NCBI GenBank assembly: GCA_900757415.1
Contig: CAAENU010000214.1
Coordinates: 20,455 to 84,454, forward strand
DNA: 64,000 bases
Reading direction: 5' to 3'
Source of the DNA: an uncultured Oscillospiraceae bacterium
Lineage (GTDB): Bacteria > Bacillota > Clostridia > Oscillospirales > Oscillospiraceae
Shown here: positions 25,826 to 35,479 of the stretch, one piece after another
Position numbering within the stretch: position 1 is the stretch's first letter
Layout: every line of letters begins with the position of its first letter
Translations under genes and position numbers: made by a program
The notes under the pieces: model-generated
Told to the model about the DNA's origin: nothing
Database searches by the model: none
The model's input: only the letters and a program-made list of their open reading frames with translations

Positions 25826-27421
25826 TCAGGGGTTTTGCGGATAAAGCTCGCCGGAAAGATCTTGAAATCGCCAGACGAATTGGATGGTTTTCCGGTTATA
25901 TACTTTTATCTCGCGGACAAGCTCCCGCATAAGAGCAGGGTCTAAAGCACTTATTTCATGGTACGAAGAGAGGGCAGAGGCTTGCCGTTCTTCCTTTTTG
26001 GCGGTTTCCTCCTCCGCCCAGAGCAGTTCCCAATCGCTTTCCAACTGGGCGAGCTGCCGCTTCTTTTCGTTCTGTGCACGGAGAAGGCTTTCCCGTTTTT
26101 CTGTAAAGGACTCTTTTGACAGTTGGCCGCCCACATGCGCCTCATAGAGCGACATAAGCTCCTCCTGCTTGCGGTGGATCTCAGCTTGAACTCTCTGCAT
26201 TTTTACATGAATGGCGCGGCGTTTAGAGGTGTGGCGCTCGAATTCACGCTGATAGGTCTCAAGCCGGGCGTCCCGCAGTTGGCATTGCATGTTGATCGCA
26301 CGAATCAGAATAGCTTGCAAGTCGGCGTCGGAGATACAGACCTCGGCGCAGCCGCTTTCCGGTACATAGCGTGCCGACGCGCAGCGCCAGTTCTTGTTGG
26401 AGGCCTTACCCTTCACCAGACGGTTTCCGCAGCAGCCGCAGACGAGATAGGACTGCAGCAGATTTGGCGTGTTTCCTGTCGGCGTTTTCGGCGCCGTTTT
26501 CTGTACGGTGCTGCGGGCAAGAAAATATAGCTCCCGCGACACGATGGGTTCGTGCGTATGGGGGATGATGGGGCGCTCCGCTTCGGGGAGCAGTTTCGTG
26601 CGGTTGCTGCCGACCTTGACCACATGGGATTTGAACGCCTCCGTATCGCCGGTGTAAATGCGGTTTTGGAGAATGTTCCGGACGGATTCATATGTCCAGA
26701 ACTTCCGCACCTTGTAGCGGCCTCGGACTTTCGCCAGATAGGCGGAGGGAGTCTCGGTACCGGACGCATTCAGCCGCTGTGCGATCTGCGTGATGCTGAT
26801 GCCCTGCGAGGCCCACTGAAATATCTGCCTGACGACATCGGCGGCCGCTTGGTCGATTACGATAGTGTTCTTCTGCTCACCTTTTTGATAGCCGTAAGGC
26901 ACCGCGCCGAAAGCATATTCGCCATTCAATTTTTTGCGGTCTGTTACGCTTTTGATTTTGCGGGACAGGTCGCGGCTGTATAGCTGGTTCAGCAGGTTGG
27001 TGATGCCCAGCTCCAGACCGCCGGTGGATTCACCATAGTCAGCGCTGTCAAAGTGGTCGTTGATGGAGATGAAGCGGACGCCATACGCCGGAAACACAAA
27101 CTCCAGATAGTGACCGCCCTCCAGAAAGTTTCTGGAAAAACGGGAGAGGTCACGGACAATGATCGTCCTGACGCTTCCGGACTTTACCAGCGACAGCAGC
27201 CGCTGTATACCGGGACGGTTCATATTGGTGCCGGTGTAGCCATCATCTACGATCTCCTCAACGGTTCCCTCCAGATCAGGACGGGACGCGAGGAAATTCT
27301 GCACGCAGAGGCGCTGCGCAGAGATACTGGAGCTCTCCGCGGCATTTCCGCGCGCCACGTCGCCATCCTCCGAAGAAAGGCGGTAGTAGCAGATCATGAG
27401 ACCGGAAGTGGCTTTAGTCAC
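25826..27421 (-). CDS. Large serine recombinase (third of three)
   Basis: YYRLSSED, DDGYTGTN, DLSRFSR, PYGY, CGCCG zinc ribbon, coiled coil; GTG at 27421 with AAGGAGG RBS. Confidence 0.92.
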   Translation of the reverse strand: MTKATSGLMICYYRLSSEDGDVARGNAAESSSISAQRLCVQNFLASRPDLEGTVEEIVDDGYTGTNMNRPGIQRLLSLVKSGSVRTIIVRDLSRFSRNFLEGGHYLEFVFPAYGVRFISINDHFDSADYGESTGGLELGITNLLNQLYSRDLSRKIKSVTDRKKLNGEYAFGAVPYGYQKGEQKNTIVIDQAAADVVRQIFQWASQGISITQIAQRLNASGTETPSAYLAKVRGRYKVRKFWTYESVRNILQNRIYTGDTEAFKSHVVKVGSNRTKLLPEAERPIIPHTHEPIVSRELYFLARSTVQKTAPKTPTGNTPNLLQSYLVCGCCGNRLVKGKASNKNWRCASARYVPESGCAEVCISDADLQAILIRAINMQCQLRDARLETYQREFERHTSKRRAIHVKMQRVQAEIHRKQEELMSLYEAHVGGQLSKESFTEKRESLLRAQNEKKRQLAQLESDWELLWAEEETAKKEERQASALSSYHEISALDPALMRELVREIKVYNRKTIQFVWRFQDLSGELYPQNP

Positions 27422-29120
27422 AGCGAGCAGCCTCCTTTGCCGGTGTGTGGTAGGGCCGCAGTGCGGCGAAGGGGTCAGCATAGCTGAGCTGGATCGTGAT
27501 GCTGCGATCCTCATGAATGGAAATGCGCTGGACAAGGGTATCAAGAAGTTCCCTTGTTATGGCGGGGAGCCGCTGATATTCCTGCATGCCGCGCACCCAC
27601 GTCTGCGCGGCAGATAAGCCTTTCTGCATTTGCTCGACCTGCTTTTTTTGCGCGGCTTCCTCCGCGAGAATACGGTTGAGCTCTGCCCGGTATTTCTCCT
27701 TTGCGTAGAGGAATTCCTCGCGGCCGATGAGACCGGCGGACAGGTCATGAATCAGCATATCCAGCTTCCGCTCAAGGCCCTGCCGCTGGAGGTGCAAGCT
27801 TGCGGCGGTATTTTGCTTTTCCTGTTTCGCCTGTGTCAGTTCGGCGGAATGGTCGATTTCATGGATCAGCCGCTCCACATCAACAGCCAATGTCAACTGC
27901 TGGTCTAAGACGTCAGTGAGGGCGGCAAGCAGCCGCTCATGGCGGATGTAGTGGCTGGCACAGCTGGTATGCGCGGAGTAGCGATAGCGATTGCAGTCAT
28001 AGAACAGCCGACTGGGCGAGTGTGCGCCGTGCCGGGCGCAGCCTTTGGCGGCGCCCACGGGACTGCCGCACTCCGCACAGAACAGCTTACCGCGGAAAAG
28101 ATCGGCCTGTACGTCGCCGATATCCGGCCTTGAGCGATAGGCGGCGCGAGAGGCAAGAACCACCTGATTGACCTGCTGCACCTCGTCAAACAGCTCCTTG
28201 CTGATGATGGGTGGATGCGCGTTGGGGATGACCGTCCATTGCGCAGGGCTTTGACGTTTCTTTTTTTCGTTCAAATGGTTTCGGAATACCTTTCCATAGG
28301 TGCGGTTGCCGATATAGACGTCGTTGGCGGTGATCTTGCGGACGGTGGTTCGGCTCCACAGCGCGTCCCGGTACGTATCGGAGCGGTTCATGCCGCGCAG
28401 ATAGCGCAGCTGGGCGGGGGAGGGAATATGCTCCTGATTCAGCCGCCTTGCGATGGCGTGGAAGCTGATGCCCTCGGCGCGCAAGGCAAAGATACGCCGG
28501 ACGACCGGAGCGGTCTCTGCGTCTATATCATAGGACGCGGCAGCGGCGTTCCGGAGATAGCCGTAGGGGATGCTGCCGGACGAAGGCAGATAGGTGCCGC
28601 TGCGCATCTGCGCGTGGATGCTGCTGCGGATCTTGCGGGAGATATCCTTGGCGTAGTTCTCGTTCATGACCATTTTCAGCGGCATGGTGAGAGAGGCGGC
28701 AGCGCCGGCATCCTGCAGGAGACTGTCATAGTTGTCGTTGACGCTGATAAGGCGCACGTTCATGGCGGGGAGTATCTGCTCCACCAGCTCGCTGGTCTCG
28801 ACAAAATGGCGTCCTAAGCGGGAGATGTCCTTGATGATAATGCAGTTGATCTTGCCGCTGCGCACATCCGCCATCAACTGATGAAAGGCCGGACGGTTGT
28901 AGCTCATGCCGGTATAGCCGTTGTCAGCGTACCGCTCGACGATTTGAATATCGGGGTGCTCCGCAAGGAAAGCGTCAGCGATTTTCGCCTGATTGCCAAT
29001 GGAATTGCGCTCGGTGTCGTCACCGTCCTCTACGGACAACCGGCCATACTGCCCGGCCAGATAGTAAACTGAAGCTGCCGGCAGAGGTTGGGCCGTCAGA
29101 TATTTGCTTTTCCTCGCCAT
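27414..29120 (-). CDS. Large serine recombinase (second of three)
   Basis: YGRLSVED, DNGYTG, DISRLGR, PYGY, CAECG. Confidence 0.93.
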   Translation of the reverse strand: MARKSKYLTAQPLPAASVYYLAGQYGRLSVEDGDDTERNSIGNQAKIADAFLAEHPDIQIVERYADNGYTGMSYNRPAFHQLMADVRSGKINCIIIKDISRLGRHFVETSELVEQILPAMNVRLISVNDNYDSLLQDAGAAASLTMPLKMVMNENYAKDISRKIRSSIHAQMRSGTYLPSSGSIPYGYLRNAAAASYDIDAETAPVVRRIFALRAEGISFHAIARRLNQEHIPSPAQLRYLRGMNRSDTYRDALWSRTTVRKITANDVYIGNRTYGKVFRNHLNEKKKRQSPAQWTVIPNAHPPIISKELFDEVQQVNQVVLASRAAYRSRPDIGDVQADLFRGKLFCAECGSPVGAAKGCARHGAHSPSRLFYDCNRYRYSAHTSCASHYIRHERLLAALTDVLDQQLTLAVDVERLIHEIDHSAELTQAKQEKQNTAASLHLQRQGLERKLDMLIHDLSAGLIGREEFLYAKEKYRAELNRILAEEAAQKKQVEQMQKGLSAAQTWVRGMQEYQRLPAITRELLDTLVQRISIHEDRSITIQLSYADPFAALRPYHTPAKEAARCD

Positions 29121-29122
29121 GC

Positions 29123-30775
29123 TTACCCCACCTCCTTTGCAGCTGCTGCAATCATCTGCTGGTAAGATGCCAGCTCGTCGGCGTAGTTAAACTGTATCGT
29201 AATTTGCTTGCCCTCGGATACTGAGATCCTGCGGATCAATCCGGCCGCCATTTCACGGGTAAGCTTGTCAATTTTCCTGAATTTGGTATATTCGGCGACC
29301 CAGTTTCGGGTGTCTGCCGTGCCTTCCTCCAAGGCTTGCCGCCGCTGGTGCAGGCTGGCGAGGGACGATTGTAATGCGTCGATCCGCTGCGTATAGCGTT
29401 GCCGCATCATGTCATACTCCGCGCGGGAGATCAGGTCATCGTGGAAAGCCTCCAGCAAACGCATACGGTATTCCTTCTGCTCGGCGATCTGCTTCTCCTT
29501 TTCCTCGATGGTCATATCCAACTGCCGATGCTTGGCGGCTTGGATGCTCTTTTGACCGATCTCGTGGATCAACTGGTCAATATCGACCACCATCTCAATT
29601 TGCTTCTGGATGGCCCGCAGCACCACGTCCTCTAAAGCAGTCTGCGAAATGGAGTGGCTGCTGCACAGCTTGGAGCGCTTGTTCGTGGAGCAGACGTAGT
29701 AGTAAAACGTGCGGTTGCCCCGCTTTACGCTGCGCCTGCACATGGCGCGGCCGCAATCGGCGCAGAACAGCATTCCGGCCAAGGGCTGCACCACATCCTC
29801 GGAAGGGGATGTGCGGGTGTCCAGTGACAGCAGGTGCTGCACCGAAGTGAATAGTTCTTCGCTGATAATAGGTGCGTGGTTCTTCTCCACAACGCACCAA
29901 TCCTCTTTGCTGCGCAGCTTCATCTGCTTGATCTTATAGTTGGGTGTTCCGCGCTTGCCTTGCACCAACGTCCCGATATAGATGGGATTTTCCAGAATGG
30001 ACCGCACCGCGGCGGGCGACCATACAGGATTTTCGCCGACGGTCTGAAACCCAGATTGATACTTCAGCCCCTGCTGCTGCTTATATGCCGCCGGCGGCAG
30101 AACGCCCTCAGATGAGAGATGGTTGGCGATGGCCTGCTGGCTGCAGCCCTCCATTTTCAGCTGAAAGATGGTGCGAACCACCATAGCGGCGTATTCATCA
30201 ATGATGAGCTTGTGCTTGTCAGCAGGGTCTTTCAGGTATCCATAACAGGCAAAGGCACCGAGAAATTCTCCCGCCTTGCGCTGGACACGAAACTGCGCCC
30301 GCAGCTTCTGAGAAAGACTGCGGCAGTATGCCTCGTTCATGATGTTCTTGATGGGGATGGAAATATCATCGCACAGCGGCGTGTGTTCACTGTCCAGATC
30401 GTCATTGACAGAGATGAACCGGATGCCCATATCCGGGAAAACGCTTTCCAGATACTTGCCGGTTTCGATGTACTCACGGCCAAGGCGGGACAGGTCTTTT
30501 ACGATGACGCAGTTTGCTTTCTTTTCACGGATAGCGTTCATGACGCCCCGGAAGCCGGGACGGTCATAGTTGGTGCCGGTGTAACCGTCGTCTACCTGCT
30601 CACCAACCAGCGTGATCTCCGGGTGGTGCTGTACGAACTCGCGGATCAGCTTGCGCTGGTTGTCGATACTCTCGCTCTCATAGCGCTTGCCCAGCTTTGA
30701 CAAGCGGAGATAGGAGATGCCATACCAATGCTGTCCGGAGAGTTCTTCGGTTTGTGGGCAAAAAAATGCAGCCAT
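29123..30775 (-). CDS. Large serine recombinase (first of three)
   Basis: YLRLS, DDGYTGTN, DLSRLGR, YGY, CADCG. Confidence 0.93.
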   Translation of the reverse strand: MAAFFCPQTEELSGQHWYGISYLRLSKLGKRYESESIDNQRKLIREFVQHHPEITLVGEQVDDGYTGTNYDRPGFRGVMNAIREKKANCVIVKDLSRLGREYIETGKYLESVFPDMGIRFISVNDDLDSEHTPLCDDISIPIKNIMNEAYCRSLSQKLRAQFRVQRKAGEFLGAFACYGYLKDPADKHKLIIDEYAAMVVRTIFQLKMEGCSQQAIANHLSSEGVLPPAAYKQQQGLKYQSGFQTVGENPVWSPAAVRSILENPIYIGTLVQGKRGTPNYKIKQMKLRSKEDWCVVEKNHAPIISEELFTSVQHLLSLDTRTSPSEDVVQPLAGMLFCADCGRAMCRRSVKRGNRTFYYYVCSTNKRSKLCSSHSISQTALEDVVLRAIQKQIEMVVDIDQLIHEIGQKSIQAAKHRQLDMTIEEKEKQIAEQKEYRMRLLEAFHDDLISRAEYDMMRQRYTQRIDALQSSLASLHQRRQALEEGTADTRNWVAEYTKFRKIDKLTREMAAGLIRRISVSEGKQITIQFNYADELASYQQMIAAAAKEVG

Positions 30776-30856
30776 AAAACGTACCTCCTAAAAATACAGG
30801 AAAGCGGTTTCTGGCTGTCGTCACCGGGCAGTAATGTAATTTTCACTGACGGGTCT

Positions 30857-30885
30857 ATTATGCTTTCCCGCTTTGCTTTTGTCAA
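30857..30885 (-). promoter_or_regulatory. sigmaA-type promoter of the recombinase operon
   Basis: TTGACA-N17-CATAAT. Confidence 0.6.
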
Positions 30886-30904
30886 CAGGGAAACGCTGCC
30901 AGCA

Positions 30905-31138
30905 TCATGACAGACTGCACGCGTAGGCCCGCAGGCGGTCCTGCAGGCTTACGTCCGTATCGGAGTAGGCAAGCTTTACCACAATGCCGCTGTCCGTATA
31001 GCAATAGGGGTCGCCGATCTGCTCTACATACTGCCTGATGCGCTGGGCGCAGGGGGCGGAGGTGTCGATATTCACACAGGCGATATCCCGCAGCGCCGCA
31101 TGGGCGGGGAGATTGGCGTCCTGACGGTTTGTTTTCAT
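30905..31138 (-). CDS. DUF6870-like small protein, candidate recombination directionality factor
   Basis: 77 aa LRDI..VNID...RIRQYVEQIGDPYCY...VVKLAY; directly upstream of the recombinase trio. Confidence 0.7.
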   Translation of the reverse strand: MKTNRQDANLPAHAALRDIACVNIDTSAPCAQRIRQYVEQIGDPYCYTDSGIVVKLAYSDTDVSLQDRLRAYACSLS

Positions 31139-31169
31139 AAAGATCCCTCTTTTCCGATGATGCTGCCGG

Positions 31170-31198
31170 TAGTATGGCCGGGTTTCGGAATTTTATGA
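31170..31198 (-). promoter_or_regulatory. Sporulation sigma (sigmaE/sigmaG-like) promoter candidate
   Basis: TCATA-N17-CATACTA upstream of the DUF6870-like gene. Confidence 0.5.
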
Positions 31199-31207
31199 AA
31201 AATGCGG

Positions 31208-31251
31208 AAAAATCCGGGGGCCGCGGTATATGCCGCGGCCCCCGGATTTTT
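31208..31251 (-). terminator. Terminator after the gamma-CA gene
   Basis: AAAAATCCGGGGGCCGCGG-tatatg-CCGCGGCCCCCGGATTTTT. Confidence 0.75.
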
Positions 31252-31303
31252 GGCGATAAACGGTATCCGCCGAACGACGGGGGTGAGAGAGGGGTGCAAT
31301 GTC

Positions 31304-31813
31304 TTATTTCACGGCGGGGAGTGCATAGCGGGTCTTGTACGCCGCTGCTTCCTCGCGGTACATGGCGGCGCTGGCGCGATTGGACGCGATCTCCTCCTCC
31401 GTCACACTGCGGCGAACCTTGGCCGGGATGCCGAGGACCAGCGACCCGTCGGGGATCACGGCATGCTGGGGGATCAGCGCGCCGGCACCGATGATGCAGT
31501 TGCTGCCCACCACCGCACCGTTGAGCACGATGGCGCCCATACCCACCAGCGTGTTGTCGCCCACGGTGCAGCTGTGGAGAATGGCGCTGTGACCCACGGT
31601 GCAGCCACTGCCCACATGCAGGGGCAGACCACGCTCGATATGGAGGACGCAGTTATCCTGAATGTTTGTGCCCTCGCCGATGGTGATCTCATCCAGCTCG
31701 GAACGGAGTACCGCACCGAAAAAGACGCTGCTGTCGGCGGCGATACGCACGTTGCCCACCACGGTGGCGGTGGGCGCTATGAATACAGAGGGGTGAATGT
31801 TGGGATTTTCCAT
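31304..31813 (-). CDS. Gamma carbonic anhydrase family protein
   Basis: Hexapeptide repeats, TNIQDNCVLH, TVGHSAILH. Confidence 0.88.
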   Translation of the reverse strand: MENPNIHPSVFIAPTATVVGNVRIAADSSVFFGAVLRSELDEITIGEGTNIQDNCVLHIERGLPLHVGSGCTVGHSAILHSCTVGDNTLVGMGAIVLNGAVVGSNCIIGAGALIPQHAVIPDGSLVLGIPAKVRRSVTEEEIASNRASAAMYREEAAAYKTRYALPAVK

Positions 31814-31838
31814 GGCAGATGCTCCTTTCCCTGGGTGC

Positions 31839-32777
31839 TCAGAAGGCACCCAACTGCTTGAACAGGGTGATCCAGATGAACAGGGTGACACACGAAAAAG
31901 CCGTAGAGGTCACCACGGCGCTGCCGGCCAGCTGACTGTCTCCACCCAGCTGCTGGGCCATATTGAAGGAGTTTACGGCGGTGGGTGCGGCGCACAAGGC
32001 CAGCAGCGTGACAAACTCCATGCCCCGGATGCCCAGTGCCATGGCCAGCGACAGAATCGCGCCGGGGAAGATCACCAGCCGCAGTCCCACACAGATCAGC
32101 AGCTCCTTTTTATAAGAGGACAGATCCCTGCTCTCAAAGGAAGCGCCCAGCAGCAGCAGGATCACGGGGGTGGCCGCGCTGTTCATCTTGCTGGCAAAGG
32201 AGGCCAGCACTCCCGGCAGCATCAGATGCACCGCCTTGGCCAGCAGCCCCAGCACCGAGGCGATCAGCAGCGGATTTTTTGCCACCGACAGCAGCACTTT
32301 ACCGATTTTGGGTTTTCCGCCGCGGAAATATTCCAGCACCAGAACGGCGGCGATATTATACAGCGGCACCACGATGGCGATCATCAGCGCGGTGACGCCC
32401 AGATTGCCGCCGGGCAGCAGCTCCATGGCGATGGGCATACCCAGCAGCACAAAGTTGCTGCGGAAGGCCGCTTGGATCATGACGCCCCGCCGGGCAGCCT
32501 CTTTTTCCAGCGGAAGAGTAATCACAATGGACAAGAGGATCATTCCAACTGCGCAGCTGGCCACCAGCAGTACATAGGGCGCCCGCACCGCCTGAGAGAA
32601 ATCGGAACTGTAAATATTATAGAACAGCATCACCGGCATAAAGGTATAAAATGTGACGCGGTTAAAACGCCGCACGTCCTCCTGATTAAGCCAACCAATG
32701 CGCTTGGTCAGATAACCCAGAGCAATGATGAGAAACAGCGGCACGATAGCATGAAATGCGATAGAAAATGCCTGCAA
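31839..32777 (-). CDS. AEC (auxin efflux carrier) family transporter
   Basis: FRSNFVLLG, KNPLLIA, PTAVNS motifs; multi-TM. Confidence 0.85.
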   Translation of the reverse strand: MQAFSIAFHAIVPLFLIIALGYLTKRIGWLNQEDVRRFNRVTFYTFMPVMLFYNIYSSDFSQAVRAPYVLLVASCAVGMILLSIVITLPLEKEAARRGVMIQAAFRSNFVLLGMPIAMELLPGGNLGVTALMIAIVVPLYNIAAVLVLEYFRGGKPKIGKVLLSVAKNPLLIASVLGLLAKAVHLMLPGVLASFASKMNSAATPVILLLLGASFESRDLSSYKKELLICVGLRLVIFPGAILSLAMALGIRGMEFVTLLALCAAPTAVNSFNMAQQLGGDSQLAGSAVVTSTAFSCVTLFIWITLFKQLGAF

Positions 32778-32919
32778 GGAAACGCCTTCTTTCTAACGTT
32801 TTTTTAGCACCGCTATCATAGCACGGCATAGGCGAAAGCGCAACGTCAATCTTGCACGAGAAAGGACACAAAGCAGAGGGGATGCAGTGCATCCCCTCTG
32901 CTTTTTTGACATAAACGAT

Positions 32920-33801
32920 TTACAGACGGATGGCGCCGTGGTAATCCACGGGAAGATCCCGCACCGTCCAGCGGTGCTCCAGCGGCAGCACGGCGCGCTC
33001 CATCCGCGCGGCGAAGTCCCCGTCCCGGGTGATGCACAGAATGGTGGGGCCGGCGCCGCTGATGCATACCGCGCGGCAGCCGTTCTGGTTGGCCAACGCC
33101 TCCACCCGGTCATATTCCGGGATCAGGCGGCGGCGGTAAGGCTGATGAAGCCTATCCTGCAGCGAAACGGCGATCAGCTCCTCGTCGCCCTGCTCCAGCG
33201 CCCGCAGCAGCACCGCCAGATAGCCCCCGTTGCGAACGGCGTCACTGTGGGACACCATGGCAGGCAGTGCGCGGCGTGCTTCGTGGGTGCTGAGGGGGAA
33301 ATCCGGAGAGAGGGCCACAAAGTGCAGCTCCGGATGGGGCAGGTATTCCACCGTGTAGACCTGACGGCCGGCCATCATGGAGGCGGTCATGCCGCCCAAC
33401 AGCGCCGGGGCCAGATTATCGGGATGCCCCTCGATCTCCGTGGTCATGGCCAGCAGCTGGCGGCGGTCAAAGGGTTTGCCGGCCATATAATTGGCGGCGG
33501 CGGCACCGGCGGCGATCAGCGCCGCGGAGGAACCCAGTCCCCGGCATACCGGGATCTCGGACTGGATGTGGATATGCACCGGCGGCACATCGCCGCGGCG
33601 CAGCTCCTGCCAGACCCGGGCATAGGCCACATAGGCCAGATTCTGTTCGTTCTGATACTGCTCCTCACAGCCGGAAAAGCTCAGCTCGTCCGATGGCGTA
33701 AAGGAAAGCGTGTTATAAAGTCCCAGCGCACAGCCCAGCACATCAAAGCCGGCTGCCAGATTGGCCGTTGTGGCGGGGACACGGATCGTTACCTGTTCCA
33801 T
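32920..33801 (-). CDS. thrB: Homoserine kinase
   Basis: VPATTANL, GLGSSAA, EGHPDN, ISGAGPT. Confidence 0.95.
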   Translation of the reverse strand: MEQVTIRVPATTANLAAGFDVLGCALGLYNTLSFTPSDELSFSGCEEQYQNEQNLAYVAYARVWQELRRGDVPPVHIHIQSEIPVCRGLGSSAALIAAGAAAANYMAGKPFDRRQLLAMTTEIEGHPDNLAPALLGGMTASMMAGRQVYTVEYLPHPELHFVALSPDFPLSTHEARRALPAMVSHSDAVRNGGYLAVLLRALEQGDEELIAVSLQDRLHQPYRRRLIPEYDRVEALANQNGCRAVCISGAGPTILCITRDGDFAARMERAVLPLEHRWTVRDLPVDYHGAIRL

Positions 33802-35285
33802 TCTGCTTCGCCTGCCTTTCTCAGCACATAGGCCAGCATATCCTGCCGGTCGATCACATCGCGGTGGCGCACCTGACGCTGCCGCAGATCCGCCAGATGG
33901 GGGGGAACCGGGACGCCGGTCAGGGCATGGAGACGCTGCATCACGTCAAACTCATCCTCACCCGGTGCTTCTCCCAAACCCTCCAGCACGGCGGCGGGGA
34001 ACTTGTACGGCGAGGCCGTGGACAGCACCACCACGGGGTGATGGCCGCCGCAGGCGGCCTTGTAGTCCTGCGCCACCTGCCATGCCACCGCCGTATGGGT
34101 GTCGGCCAGATAATGATGCTCGCGCCAGAGCCGGCCGATGGCGGCTTTGGTAGCGGCATCATCGCAGCAGCCGCTCCAGAAAACGCACTGGATCTTTTCC
34201 AGCAGCGCCGGAGGCACCTGATAGGCGCCGGTTTCCTTCAGCTGTGCCATCAGCTCCGCCACCAGCGCGGCATCGCCGCTGAGCAGGAACAGCAGCCGCT
34301 CCAGATTGCTGGATACCAGAATATCCATGGAGGGAGAAACGGTCTTATAAAAGGGGCGGTTCCGGTCATAGCGGCCGGTGCGCAGAAAGTCCGTCAGCAC
34401 ATTGTTGGCGTTGGAGGCGCAGACCAGCCGCCCCACAGGCAGACCCATCTCCCGGGCAAAAAAGCCGGCCAGAATATCACCGAAATTGCCGGTGGGCACG
34501 GCGAAGTCCACCAAGTCTCCCTCGCGGATGCGGCCCATGCGGCACAGGTCGGCATAGGACCGGAAATAGTAGACCACCTGCGGTGCCAGACGGCCGATGT
34601 TGATGGAGTTGGCCGAGGACAGGCGCACGCCCTTTCCCGCCAGCAGCTTCTGCTGCTCCACGGCGGCAAAGATCTCCTTGACGCCGGTCTGGGCATCGTC
34701 AAAGTTGCCCCGGACGGCGCAGACGCAGACATTGCGGCCCGCCTGCGTTTCCATCTGCCACTGCTGCACAGCGCTGACGCCGCCATAGGGATAGAACACA
34801 ATGATCCGGGTGCCCGGCACATCCTGAAAACCGGCCATGGCGGCCTTACCCGTGTCGCCGCTGGTGGCGGTCAGAATCAGGATCTCGTCGGACACACCGC
34901 ACTTTTCCCGGGAGGCGGTCATCAGCCGGGGCAGCATGCTCAGCGCCACATCCTTGAAGGCACTGGTGGGGCCGCGGAACAGCTCCAGCACCGCGTCGTC
35001 TCCCACCGGGACGGTGGGCGTCAGATCCGGGGTCTCAAACTTTCCTTCATAGGCGGCGTGTACCAGCGCGTCCATCTCCTGCCGCGAAAAGGAGGGCAGC
35101 AGCGCCGACAGGATCTCACGGGCCATGGACAGAGTGTCCAGCTTCAGTACCGCCCGCCAGTCCAGCTTTATCTCCGACAGGGCGGGCATGGTGTACAGTC
35201 CGCCGTCAGGCGCCAGTCCCTGCAGGACTGCTTCGGCCGGCGTGGCATGCAGCGCGTCGCTGCGTGTGCTTTGATATTCCATCAT
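33789..35285 (-). CDS. thrC: Threonine synthase
   Basis: YQSTR, GLAPDGGL, GPTSAFKD, ATSGDTG, VPTGNFG, STASPYKF. Confidence 0.95.
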   Translation of the reverse strand: MMEYQSTRSDALHATPAEAVLQGLAPDGGLYTMPALSEIKLDWRAVLKLDTLSMAREILSALLPSFSRQEMDALVHAAYEGKFETPDLTPTVPVGDDAVLELFRGPTSAFKDVALSMLPRLMTASREKCGVSDEILILTATSGDTGKAAMAGFQDVPGTRIIVFYPYGGVSAVQQWQMETQAGRNVCVCAVRGNFDDAQTGVKEIFAAVEQQKLLAGKGVRLSSANSINIGRLAPQVVYYFRSYADLCRMGRIREGDLVDFAVPTGNFGDILAGFFAREMGLPVGRLVCASNANNVLTDFLRTGRYDRNRPFYKTVSPSMDILVSSNLERLLFLLSGDAALVAELMAQLKETGAYQVPPALLEKIQCVFWSGCCDDAATKAAIGRLWREHHYLADTHTAVAWQVAQDYKAACGGHHPVVVLSTASPYKFPAAVLEGLGEAPGEDEFDVMQRLHALTGVPVPPHLADLRQRQVRHRDVIDRQDMLAYVLRKAGEAEWNR

Positions 35286-35315
35286 AGGGATCTCCTCCGG
35301 GTATTTTCCCCAAAA

Positions 35316-35427
35316 ATTTTTCTGAAAAAAGCAAAAATTTCGCCTTGCATTTTCACGATGAATATGATATATTGTTCCCCGTAAAAAGTCAAGTGTTTTT
35401 TATCGAAAGACAAATTTGCAGAATTTG
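35316..35427. promoter_or_regulatory. Possible CodY boxes in the divergent thrC/ask promoter region
   Basis: ATTTTTCTGAAAAAA (35316-35330) and AATTTGCAGAATTTG (35413-35427), 3-4 mismatches to AATTTTCWGAAAATT. Confidence 0.3.
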
Positions 35428-35479
35428 TCAATTTGTCCACGAGAGAAAACCCTTTGCACCCTATGAAAGGACTATTGAT

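Noticed and set aside
25826..31138. Prophage or conjugative element
   Set aside because: No structural, replication, relaxase or T4SS genes are adjacent; only the recombination cassette is present.
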